Assembly (NCBI GenBank): GCA_037444445.1
Contig: JBBIMK010000024.1
Location: 1-30,155, forward strand
DNA: 30,155 nt
Direction: 5' to 3'
Origin: a bacterium
GTDB taxonomy: Bacteria > UBP7 > UBA6624 > JBBIMK01
In this document: positions 1 to 7,469 of the stretch, piece by piece
Numbering within the stretch: the stretch's first letter is position 1
How the letters are laid out: each line of letters opens with the position of its first letter
Translations under genes and position numbers: made by a program
The notes under the pieces: model-generated
What the model was told of the DNA's origin: nothing
What the model saw: only the letters and a program-made list of their open reading frames with translations
Databases searched by the model: none

Positions 1-71
1 CGGGAATTCTCCTACCACGCCCTGCAAAATTTTGCAAGTGGGGGTAAAAAATCGCTTTTATATCGGGACTT
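1..71. repeat. Left copy of an inverted repeat (partner at 30003..30087), cut by the window edge
   Basis: The reverse complement of 1..71 matches 30003..30087 almost base for base. Differences are one substitution (pos 20 vs 30068), two homopolymer length changes (A6/G5 vs T7/C6) and a 12-nt insertion in the right copy. It contains the perfect 14-bp palindrome TGCAAAATTTTGCA at 23..36. Confidence 0.85.
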
Positions 72-140
72 CGGCTCGGAATGACAGGGCGGATGAAATC
101 GTGGGCGATATACAAAGCCGTCTCACTGCCTCTGAAGATA

Positions 141-149
141 TGTTATAAT
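141..149 (+). promoter_or_regulatory. Extended -10 (TGtTATAAT) upstream of the aldehyde oxidoreductase gene
   Basis: TGTTATAAT lies at 141..149, 25 nt before ATG 175, with a GAGGAG Shine-Dalgarno in between. No convincing -35 was seen. Confidence 0.4.
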
Positions 150-174
150 TGCCAGTGAGAGAGGCGAGGAGAGT

Positions 175-3042
175 ATGAGAGCCACTGCGGTGGGAAAGAG
201 GGCAATTTTTTCGGCTATTATCAATGAGAAGCCGGTGTCGCTGGAGGTGGACCTGGAGAAGAGCCTGCTGGATGTTCTCCGGGAGGGTCTGGGCTTAACG
301 GGGGCGAAGCGAGGGTGTGACATTGGCGTTTGCGGCTCGTGCGTTGTTATCATCAATGGGAGGGCGAAAGAATCCTGCATAGTGAAGGCCCTGGAGGTTC
401 AGGGTGCCCGGATAGAGACCATAGAGAATCTGAGTAAGAATGGCGAACTGCACCCATTGCAAAAGGGGTTCATGCTCTGTCATGGCTACCAGTGTGGGAT
501 TTGCACTTCAGGTTTTATCATGTCGGCGAAAGCCCTTCTGGATGCGAATTCGAACCCTTCGCTGGAGGAGATACGGAAAGCCATTAAGCGCAATATCTGC
601 CGATGCACGGGGTATCAGCAGTTGGTGGAATCCATCCAGTATGCGGCGGGGCAGTTGAAGGAGGAAGAGATAGGGAAGGGGAAGTTTCGCATTGCCCGGT
701 ATGAGGATGAGAGGACGCAGGGGGTGCCGTGGGCGAAGTGGCGGTTCAAGGTTGTGGGGACGCCCCAGCCGCAGGTGTGGGCTCGCTCCAGGGTAACGGG
801 GGAGGCGAAATACACAGCCGATTATTATCCACCCGGTTGCCTTCACGGGGCCACGGTTCGCTCTCCTTACACTCACGCCAGAATCCTGTCCATAGATACC
901 TCCGAGGCTTTAGCCATACCTGGCGTGGTGAGGGTACTCACGGCGAAGGATATACCTGGAGAAAATGCGTATGGGAAGCGAATTCGGGACCAGCAGGTAT
1001 TCTGCGAGGAGAAGGTGAGATGTATCGGCGACCCCATTGCCTTAGTGGTGGCAGTGGACCGGGGAACTGCCCTGAAAGCGGTAGAGAAGGTGAGAGTGGA
1101 ATACGAACCTCTTCCGTCCGTTTACGACCCGGAAGAAGCCATGAGCCCTGATGCACCTCGGGTGCACGAAAATAACCCGAATGGAAATATCCTATATCAT
1201 TACCATTTAGAGAAAGGGGATGTGGAGAAAGGGTTTGCGGAGGCAGATGTCATCATAGAGCGGACTTACAGCACACAACCCCAGGACCACAGCCCGATTG
1301 AACCGGAGGCGGCGGTGGCATTTTACGGCGAGGATGGGAAGTTGACCGTTATTTCGCCGGGGCAGAGTGTTTTTTTTGACCGGTTGAACATCATTCGGGC
1401 TCTGGGGGTTCCGAAGGAGGATGTTCGGTGTATCCAGCCTGCCATCGGTGCTGCTTACGGGAAGCGGGAGGACATTTACGCCCAGATACATGCGGCACTG
1501 GCTTGTTTTCTGCTCCGTCGGCCGGTGAGGATAGAGTGGACGAGGGAGGAAACGATGTTAGTCACAGCGAAGCGCACGCGCCAGAAAACCACCCTCAAGA
1601 TGGGGGTGAAGAGGGATGGTGTCATTACTGGTTTAGAGGCGAAGGTCATCGGCGATGCGGGCGCCTATGCTTCCTGGAGTGTGAACATTATGCGGAAGGC
1701 GGGCGTTCTCGTCAGTGGTCCTTATGAGATTCCCCATGTGAGAGTGGACGCTTATGCGGTGTACACGAACACGCCCATCACGGGAGCCACGAGGGGGTTC
1801 GGCGCCGCAGAAACCAATTTCTGCAATGAATCGTTTATGGACGAGGTGGCGAAGGAAATCCGAATGGACCCCCTCCAGTTTCGGCTGAAGAATGCTCTGA
1901 GAAAGGGTGGGCGAACCGCCACGGATATGCCCCTGGATTATACCGTGCCATTAGAGTTCACAATTCAGGAGTGCGCCCGGGATTTTCGGTGGGAAGAAAA
2001 ACGAAAACAGCCACGAGAAATTGCCCCGGGAATTTACAAAGGCTATGGGATGGCAAGTATGTGGTATGGCATAGGCTTCGGCGCCGGGATTGAGGACACC
2101 ACAGACTGCATTATGGAACTGAAAGAAGACGGCACTGTCACCTTCTATGTGGGCACCGTGGATTATGGCAACGGCTCCAACACCACCTTCAGCATGCTGG
2201 CGGCGGAAGTGCTGGGATTGCCGTTGAGTCAGGTGAAGGTGGTGAATGCGGATTCTGCGAGAACGCCTAACTGCGGGTCTACCGTGGCTACGAAGCAAAC
2301 CTACACTACTGGCAATGCAGTCATTCGTGCGGGCTTGAAAATCCGCTCTGACATCCTTGAAATTGCTTCCAGACTGATGGGGGTTCCGGAAGAGGAGATA
2401 GATTTAGAGGAGGGGCATGCGGTGTGGCTAAAGGACCCGGAGAAGCCTGCGAAGAGTATTCCCATTGCGGAGATTGCTGAACGATTGGAAGAGTTTGGCA
2501 AGCCCCGGCGGAGGGAAGGAATCTTCAAAGCCCATGAACTTACGGAGCCACTGGACCCGAGGACAGGGCGTGGGCGTGCCTGGTTTCCCCTCGCTTTTGG
2601 CACGCAGATGGTGGAAGTGACGGTGGATGTCCGGCGTGGGAAGGTGAAGGTGGAGAAAATCGTGGCCGCACATTATGTGGGACGAACTATCAACCCTTCC
2701 GCCTTAAGGGGTCAGGTGGTGGGTGGGATTTCTTTCGGCGTTGGCTTCGCCCTGTATGAAGATGCGAAATATGTGAAGGGTGTTCCGCAAGCCACCAACT
2801 TTGACCGCTACCGGCTGATGCGAGTTACGGATGCCCCTGATGTGGAAGTCATAGCGGTGGAGATAGATGAGGCCACCGGACCTTTTGGCGCCATTGGGGT
2901 GGGTGAGCCGCCCACTATCCCTGTGGCGGCCGCTGTCGCCAACGCGGTTCAAGATGCCATCGGTGTTAGAATTCGCCACCTCCCCATCACCCCCGACAAA
3001 ATCCTCGCCTCAGTGAAGCAATCAGGACCGATACCCGGATAG
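175..3042 (+). CDS. Aldehyde oxidoreductase / xanthine-dehydrogenase-family molybdoenzyme, Mop-type fusion ([2Fe-2S] domains + molybdopterin-binding body, no FAD domain)
   Basis: 955-aa ORF. The N-terminus carries two [2Fe-2S] cysteine clusters (CDIGVCGSCVV..ESC and CHGYQCGICTSGF..CRCTGYQ). They are fused directly to an aldehyde oxidase/xanthine dehydrogenase hammerhead and Moco-binding region (GATRGFGAAE, GVGEPPTIP near the C-terminus). No CoxM-like FAD subunit is adjacent. Confidence 0.9.
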   Translation: MRATAVGKRAIFSAIINEKPVSLEVDLEKSLLDVLREGLGLTGAKRGCDIGVCGSCVVIINGRAKESCIVKALEVQGARIETIENLSKNGELHPLQKGFMLCHGYQCGICTSGFIMSAKALLDANSNPSLEEIRKAIKRNICRCTGYQQLVESIQYAAGQLKEEEIGKGKFRIARYEDERTQGVPWAKWRFKVVGTPQPQVWARSRVTGEAKYTADYYPPGCLHGATVRSPYTHARILSIDTSEALAIPGVVRVLTAKDIPGENAYGKRIRDQQVFCEEKVRCIGDPIALVVAVDRGTALKAVEKVRVEYEPLPSVYDPEEAMSPDAPRVHENNPNGNILYHYHLEKGDVEKGFAEADVIIERTYSTQPQDHSPIEPEAAVAFYGEDGKLTVISPGQSVFFDRLNIIRALGVPKEDVRCIQPAIGAAYGKREDIYAQIHAALACFLLRRPVRIEWTREETMLVTAKRTRQKTTLKMGVKRDGVITGLEAKVIGDAGAYASWSVNIMRKAGVLVSGPYEIPHVRVDAYAVYTNTPITGATRGFGAAETNFCNESFMDEVAKEIRMDPLQFRLKNALRKGGRTATDMPLDYTVPLEFTIQECARDFRWEEKRKQPREIAPGIYKGYGMASMWYGIGFGAGIEDTTDCIMELKEDGTVTFYVGTVDYGNGSNTTFSMLAAEVLGLPLSQVKVVNADSARTPNCGSTVATKQTYTTGNAVIRAGLKIRSDILEIASRLMGVPEEEIDLEEGHAVWLKDPEKPAKSIPIAEIAERLEEFGKPRRREGIFKAHELTEPLDPRTGRGRAWFPLAFGTQMVEVTVDVRRGKVKVEKIVAAHYVGRTINPSALRGQVVGGISFGVGFALYEDAKYVKGVPQATNFDRYRLMRVTDAPDVEVIAVEIDEATGPFGAIGVGEPPTIPVAAAVANAVQDAIGVRIRHLPITPDKILASVKQSGPIPG

Positions 3043-3067
3043 CCCTTCTCAAATTCAAAATTTTGGG

Positions 3068-3073
3068 TATAAT
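3068..3073 (+). promoter_or_regulatory. Candidate -10 (TATAAT) for the response-regulator gene
   Basis: TATAAT at 3068..3073 lies 5 nt before GTG 3079 and 11 nt before ATG 3085. A weak -35-like TTCTCA sits 16 nt upstream (3046..3051). Confidence 0.3.
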
Positions 3074-3084
3074 GGAGAGTGGGT

Positions 3085-3759
3085 ATGGCAAAGATACTTG
3101 CCGTGGATGATGACCGAAATTCTCTTCTGCTATTAAAGAAATTTTTAACCAGCAAGGGGCATGAACTGGTGACTGCGGAGAGCGGTGCGGAGGGGCTGAA
3201 AGCCTTCTACTCCTCCAGGCCTGATGCGGTTTTAGTGGATGTGATGATGCCCGAGATGGACGGGTGGACACTCTGCAGTCGGATTCGGGAGGTCAGCACG
3301 GTTCCCATCCTTTTTATCACCGTGAAGGGTGCGGTGGAGGATAAATTGAAAGGTTTTCAACTGGGCGCCGATGATTTTCTCACCAAGCCCTACGACCTGC
3401 GGGAACTGGAAGCCCGCATTGATGCAGTCCTGAAAAGGACTCCCAGGGATGAAAACCGGTTCATCCTCTCCTGCGGACAACTGCGAATTGACCTCCAGCG
3501 GAAAGAAGTGCTTTATCGGAAGCATCCCATTAGCGTTTCCCCCAAAGAGTTTTCCATTCTCGTTCTGCTGGCGCGAAACCCCGGGAGAGTGGTTTCCACG
3601 CAGGAAATTATAGAGGAGGCGTGGGGAAAAGGAGCCATCGCCACATCCGATGAGGTCAAGAAATATATCTGGCTCCTCCGGAAGAAACTGGAAGAGAACC
3701 CGGAAGAGCCGAAGGTGATTGTAACTGTTCGGGGGTTCGGCTACCGCCTTCAGCCCTGA
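3085..3759 (+). CDS. OmpR/PhoB-family response regulator (receiver + winged-helix), no adjacent histidine kinase
   Basis: The REC domain has ILAVDDD, a phospho-acceptor Asp in VLVDVMMPEMDG, and a conserved Lys in LTKPYD. The C-terminal Trans_reg_C-type winged helix has SPKEFSILVLLARNPGRVVS..VTVRGFGYRL. The ORF track starts at GTG 3079. ATG 3085 is preferred because GGAG (3074..3077) precedes it. Confidence 0.93.
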   Translation: MAKILAVDDDRNSLLLLKKFLTSKGHELVTAESGAEGLKAFYSSRPDAVLVDVMMPEMDGWTLCSRIREVSTVPILFITVKGAVEDKLKGFQLGADDFLTKPYDLRELEARIDAVLKRTPRDENRFILSCGQLRIDLQRKEVLYRKHPISVSPKEFSILVLLARNPGRVVSTQEIIEEAWGKGAIATSDEVKKYIWLLRKKLEENPEEPKVIVTVRGFGYRLQP

Positions 3760-3819
3760 CCTGCTTACTGAACAGGGAGAAGAGCCTTTCTCAAACCACC
3801 ATCCCAGAACTCACACCGC

Positions 3820-3859
3820 TTTCCACCTGTTTTCCACCATTCCTCCATTTTATTTCCAC
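3820..3859 (+). promoter_or_regulatory. Phased direct repeats TTTCCACC x2 + TTTCCAC (11-bp register), candidate response-regulator binding boxes
   Basis: TTTCCACC occurs at 3820..3827 and 3831..3838, and TTTCCAC at 3853..3859. A degenerate cCTCCAtt sits at the intervening register 3842..3849. The offsets are 11, 11 and 11 bp. Confidence 0.45.
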
Positions 3860-3867
3860 TCTTCGGG

Positions 3868-3876
3868 TGTCAAAAT
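3868..3876 (+). promoter_or_regulatory. Extended -10-like element (GGG-TGtCAAAAT) for the lipoprotein operon
   Basis: GGGTGTCAAAAT shares the GGGTGn..A.AAT context of the -10 elements at 24109..24117, 26207..26215 and 29833..29841. It ends 12 nt before ATG 3889 and starts 8 nt after the last TTTCCAC box. Confidence 0.4.
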
Positions 3877-3888
3877 TAAAAATTGAAC

Positions 3889-6800
3889 ATGGCAGGGAGG
3901 GAAAAAATCAGGAAGAGTGAATTTTTCCCCTGCAAAAAAAATTTTGGGGGGGTGGGTAAGTTGAAGAAGTCGTTTTTAGCCGTTTCTATCGGGCTATTAG
4001 CCCTGGTGCTTTCCTTCGGTTGCGGAGGTGGAGGAGGGAGTTCACCTCTGCCCCCCCTACCGTCTGCTGGGAATACTTCCTTCTACCTCACGGATGCCGC
4101 GACGGATAATTACGATGCGGTCTGGGTGGTGCTTACAGATGTCTCCGTGAGGAACAGTTCCGGCTCCTACCTGAAGGTTCTCACTTTCACACCACCGAAA
4201 GAGGTGAATATCCTGGAGTTGCAGAATGTGAGGGATTTTCTGGGGAGTGTGAACCTTCCTGCCGGGTCGTATGACCGGGTGAAATTAGGCATACAGGAGA
4301 TACGGGTGGTAGACAAAGGGCAGGTGGTTCCCCGGCAGGTTCCCGTGCCACCGGGCGGAGTAGAAATTCCCCTATCCCTTACGGTTTCTAAAAATGGAGC
4401 CATAGAAGTCGTCATAGATTTCCAGGCAGGGGATGCTCTGAAGCAGGCGGGTATAGGCCTTCAGCTGGACCCCACGAAGATTATCATCATCGTCCAGCCT
4501 CGTCCTACTGCGCCGGTGATTCCTCCGCCACCACCGACTATCGTTCCTCCAGAACAGCGTCCTGTGGCCGTGGAAGGTGTTGTCAAAAGCGTGGATGCCG
4601 GCAGTCAGAGTTTCGTTCTCGCAGTTCATCATGCGGAAATTCGTCATTCTACCGGTGATGTCAACCTTCCTGAACTTCTCATCACTACCGATGGCAACAC
4701 CCGGTATTTTCCATCGGGCAAATCCTTCGGTGACATTCAGGTGGGCGATGAAGTGAAGGCAGTGGGAACCCCCAATGAGAGGGGGTTGCTGGCTCTGGAA
4801 ATTTTCCTGAAGGACTCGGATGTGCCTCCGTTAGAGAAAGAAATTTCGGGGCTCGTGGTGGAGGTTCTGTATGACTTGAAGATGGTGAAAGTGAAGACCT
4901 GGGACCCGGACCCCTGCTGGCAGGGTGGATTACCCTGTCCGATGGGGCAGGGAGAAGGTGGAGTCGGCTATTCAGGTCCGGGAGTGCCCGAATGGGTTCC
5001 GCCAGCGGATTTCGTCTGGGTTGCCGTCACGGACAGCACAGTCATTCAAACGCCTGAAGGCACTCCATTAGGGCTGAGTGACCTTCGTCCCCAGCAGTTC
5101 ATCCGCGCCACTGGCACCCGGGAAAGTGACTTCTTCAAAGCCAGTCAAATCATCGTCTATCAGGCTATTCCAGGTCCCCATCAAGTCTCCGGAGTGATAC
5201 TGGAGATACTTTCCCAGGAGAAGCAGTTAAAAGTAGGGGTTCCTGGCGGCGGCTTCTGGCCCCAGAGCGATGCCCCTGAAATCTTCCCCAGAATTGACTT
5301 CATTCTCGTTCAGGTTACGGATTCCACCGTCATTGAAACCTCTGATGGCCAACCTCTCACTTTTGAAGATTTACAGGTGGGGATGTTCATTCATGCCTCT
5401 GGAAACTGGGGCGAGAACAACCTTTTCATAGCGGATAAAATTATCGTTTCCACCGAGATTCCCCCCGGCGAGTCTTTTGAAGGGGTCATCACGGAGAAGT
5501 TCCCTGACCAGATGGAGTTTGACGCCTCCAACCCGGAACGAACCCAGCGTGTAAAGGTTACGGGGGATACGAAAATCGCCGATACTTTTGGAAATCATCT
5601 GGGTTACGAGGACCTGGTGGTGGGAAACCGTGTGGTAGTTCGCGGGCATCGGGATGATTCCACGCCTCACACTCTGATAGCCGATTTCATCCTCGTCCTG
5701 CGGGAAGAACCTCCTCCGCCTCCGCAGTCGGTGCACGGGTTTATCGTAGAAATCCAGGCGGAAGGGCGTCTATTACGAATCATCCCCCCGGGATGGGATG
5801 ATGGAGGGGGTATAGGACCCGGGGGCGGAGGGGGCTCCTCAGGTGGTGGCTCTGGCGGTGGAATCCCCATTATGGATGGCCTCTGGGTTCACTGCGGTGA
5901 AGCCTGCACCATTGAGGACTCCGAAGGGAATCCGATGGAGTTCTCTGGCCTTGAAGTGGGGATGTTCATCATCGCTCACGGGCAATTTCAGCCCCGAAAC
6001 AACAGGCTGGTTTTTGAAGCCTTCCACATCCAGGTGACCTCACCTCCGCCGCCACCGGAGGAAGGACTTTCCGGCGTTATACGGGAAAAGAACCCGGATG
6101 TAAAAACCCTTCTGGTGGGAACCCCCTGCCCCGAAGGACCGCACGAGCCCTGCACCGTTTTAGTGAAGGTTACGGAAAACACGGAGATTCTGGATGAAGA
6201 GGGGAATCCCATTGGCTACGACGACCTGCAGGTGGGGGATTTCGTTCATATTCGTGGGCACTGGGAAGAAGGTGAAAACCATCTATTTGTAGCCTCTTTC
6301 ATCCAGCGATTTATTCCCCCGCCACCACCGCCAGCGGTGGTGGAAGGGGAAATTATCCAGATAGATGGGGAGCATAGCAGGGTTCTGGTGCGCCCGCCCT
6401 GGATGATGGGGCGACCCCAGGACTTCGTCGTCTGGGTTCAAGTGACAGAGGATACCATCATTGAAAACCCCGAGGGCAATCGCCTCACCTTTGGAGATTT
6501 GAAGGTGGGGATGTGGATACGGGCAGAAGGGGAATGGGGCGATTTGACCATTTATCCGCCCATTCTCATTGCCCATCACATTCTGGTGCTTCCTCCCCCG
6601 CCGCCACCGGAAATCGTGATAAAGGGAGTCATCACCGAGAAGCATCCGGATGTTCACGGGCTGATTATCACCACTCCGGATGGAATGACCGTGAAAGTCA
6701 AAGTTACAGAGGGCACACGCATCAGGGATGAAGCGGGTAATCCGCTCACCTATGAGGATTTGAAAGTGGGGGATCATGTGGTTATCGGCGGGCACTGGGA

Positions 6801-7437
6801 GGGGGATTCAAACCATCCCGATGTGCTCATTGCCCACTGGATACAGCGGGAGAATGCGCCACCACCCCCTCAACTTCCTCCCTTCGTGTTCGGTAAAATT
6901 ATTGAAATCCGTCCGGATGCTCACATAGTTCTGATTCACCCGGGATGTGGCGGTGACCCCAATATTTCCCCGGTGCCGCCACCTCCGCCCATTGCTGTGG
7001 TGGTGAAACCCGACACGCAGATACAGGACCGTGAGGGCAATCCTCTCACCTTTGGAGATTTGAAGGTAGGGATGTTCATCCTTGCCTTCGGTGAATGGGG
7101 GCCTCAGGATGCGTGGCCACCCCACTTCATCGCCCATAAAATCATCGTCCTGGCGGAGCACTCGGAGGAACTGATTTGTCTGGGTGGATTCATCGCAGAG
7201 ATCCACTATGAGGAGAAAATCTTTGCACTGGCGAATCCGGAAGGGATTCGGCGAGTGAAAGGCACGGAGCACACCGTGATACTGAATGCGGACGGCACCC
7301 GAATAAGGTTCAACGACCTGCAGATACACGACTTCGTGATGGTGGTTGGGGAGCGTCCCGATGACCCCACGGCGCTTGTAGAAGCGCTACTGATCATTCG
7401 CCAGCCGCCCCCGCCACCCGGCGGAGGAGGGAGGTAA
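3889..7437 (+). CDS. Giant modular lipoprotein of unknown function: lipobox, DUF4382-like head, then ten beta-rich DUF5666-like modules joined by polyproline linkers
   Basis: The frame is open from TTG 3883 to 7437. Candidate starts are ATG 3889 (12 nt after the extended -10) and TTG 3961 (preceded by GGGGGGTGGG), which would give a classic signal peptide M-KKSFLAVSIGLLALVLSFG|C. The lipobox Cys is at 4021..4023, followed by GGGGGSS. A repeated consensus ..V.VT..T.I.....G.PL.F.DL.VG..I...G.W.. recurs ten times, separated by P5-P7 tracts. Confidence 0.85.
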   Translation: MAGREKIRKSEFFPCKKNFGGVGKLKKSFLAVSIGLLALVLSFGCGGGGGSSPLPPLPSAGNTSFYLTDAATDNYDAVWVVLTDVSVRNSSGSYLKVLTFTPPKEVNILELQNVRDFLGSVNLPAGSYDRVKLGIQEIRVVDKGQVVPRQVPVPPGGVEIPLSLTVSKNGAIEVVIDFQAGDALKQAGIGLQLDPTKIIIIVQPRPTAPVIPPPPPTIVPPEQRPVAVEGVVKSVDAGSQSFVLAVHHAEIRHSTGDVNLPELLITTDGNTRYFPSGKSFGDIQVGDEVKAVGTPNERGLLALEIFLKDSDVPPLEKEISGLVVEVLYDLKMVKVKTWDPDPCWQGGLPCPMGQGEGGVGYSGPGVPEWVPPADFVWVAVTDSTVIQTPEGTPLGLSDLRPQQFIRATGTRESDFFKASQIIVYQAIPGPHQVSGVILEILSQEKQLKVGVPGGGFWPQSDAPEIFPRIDFILVQVTDSTVIETSDGQPLTFEDLQVGMFIHASGNWGENNLFIADKIIVSTEIPPGESFEGVITEKFPDQMEFDASNPERTQRVKVTGDTKIADTFGNHLGYEDLVVGNRVVVRGHRDDSTPHTLIADFILVLREEPPPPPQSVHGFIVEIQAEGRLLRIIPPGWDDGGGIGPGGGGGSSGGGSGGGIPIMDGLWVHCGEACTIEDSEGNPMEFSGLEVGMFIIAHGQFQPRNNRLVFEAFHIQVTSPPPPPEEGLSGVIREKNPDVKTLLVGTPCPEGPHEPCTVLVKVTENTEILDEEGNPIGYDDLQVGDFVHIRGHWEEGENHLFVASFIQRFIPPPPPPAVVEGEIIQIDGEHSRVLVRPPWMMGRPQDFVVWVQVTEDTIIENPEGNRLTFGDLKVGMWIRAEGEWGDLTIYPPILIAHHILVLPPPPPPEIVIKGVITEKHPDVHGLIITTPDGMTVKVKVTEGTRIRDEAGNPLTYEDLKVGDHVVIGGHWEGDSNHPDVLIAHWIQRENAPPPPQLPPFVFGKIIEIRPDAHIVLIHPGCGGDPNISPVPPPPPIAVVVKPDTQIQDREGNPLTFGDLKVGMFILAFGEWGPQDAWPPHFIAHKIIVLAEHSEELICLGGFIAEIHYEEKIFALANPEGIRRVKGTEHTVILNADGTRIRFNDLQIHDFVMVVGERPDDPTALVEALLIIRQPPPPPGGGGR

Positions 7438-7469
7438 GGGAGACTTTTCTCACAATAGAAAGGAAGGCA

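Noticed and set aside
123-380. 85-aa minus-strand ORF overlapping the promoter and 5' end of the aldehyde oxidoreductase gene
   Set aside because: It is antisense to a strongly motif-supported CDS, has no recognisable motif and has no start signals. It is a typical shadow ORF.
3760-3800. CCTG-N9-CAGG hairpin after the response-regulator stop, considered as a terminator
   Set aside because: The stem is only 4 bp with no U-run, which is not supportable.
3927-3957. CCCCTGCAAAAAAAATTTTGGGGGGGTGGGTAAG resembles the core of the terminal repeat (CCCTGCAAAATTTTGCAAGTGGGGGTAAAA)
   Set aside because: The match needs several gaps, the palindrome is not preserved, and the similarity is mostly homopolymer runs. 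It is probably coincidental, and it lies inside or just upstream of the lipoprotein coding start.
6283-7329. 170-aa and 173-aa minus-strand ORFs (6283..6795, 6808..7329) inside the giant lipoprotein gene
   Set aside because: They are antisense shadows of a repetitive, GC-biased gene. Their translations are Arg/His/Trp-rich low-complexity sequence that mirrors the sense-strand Pro/Gly codons.
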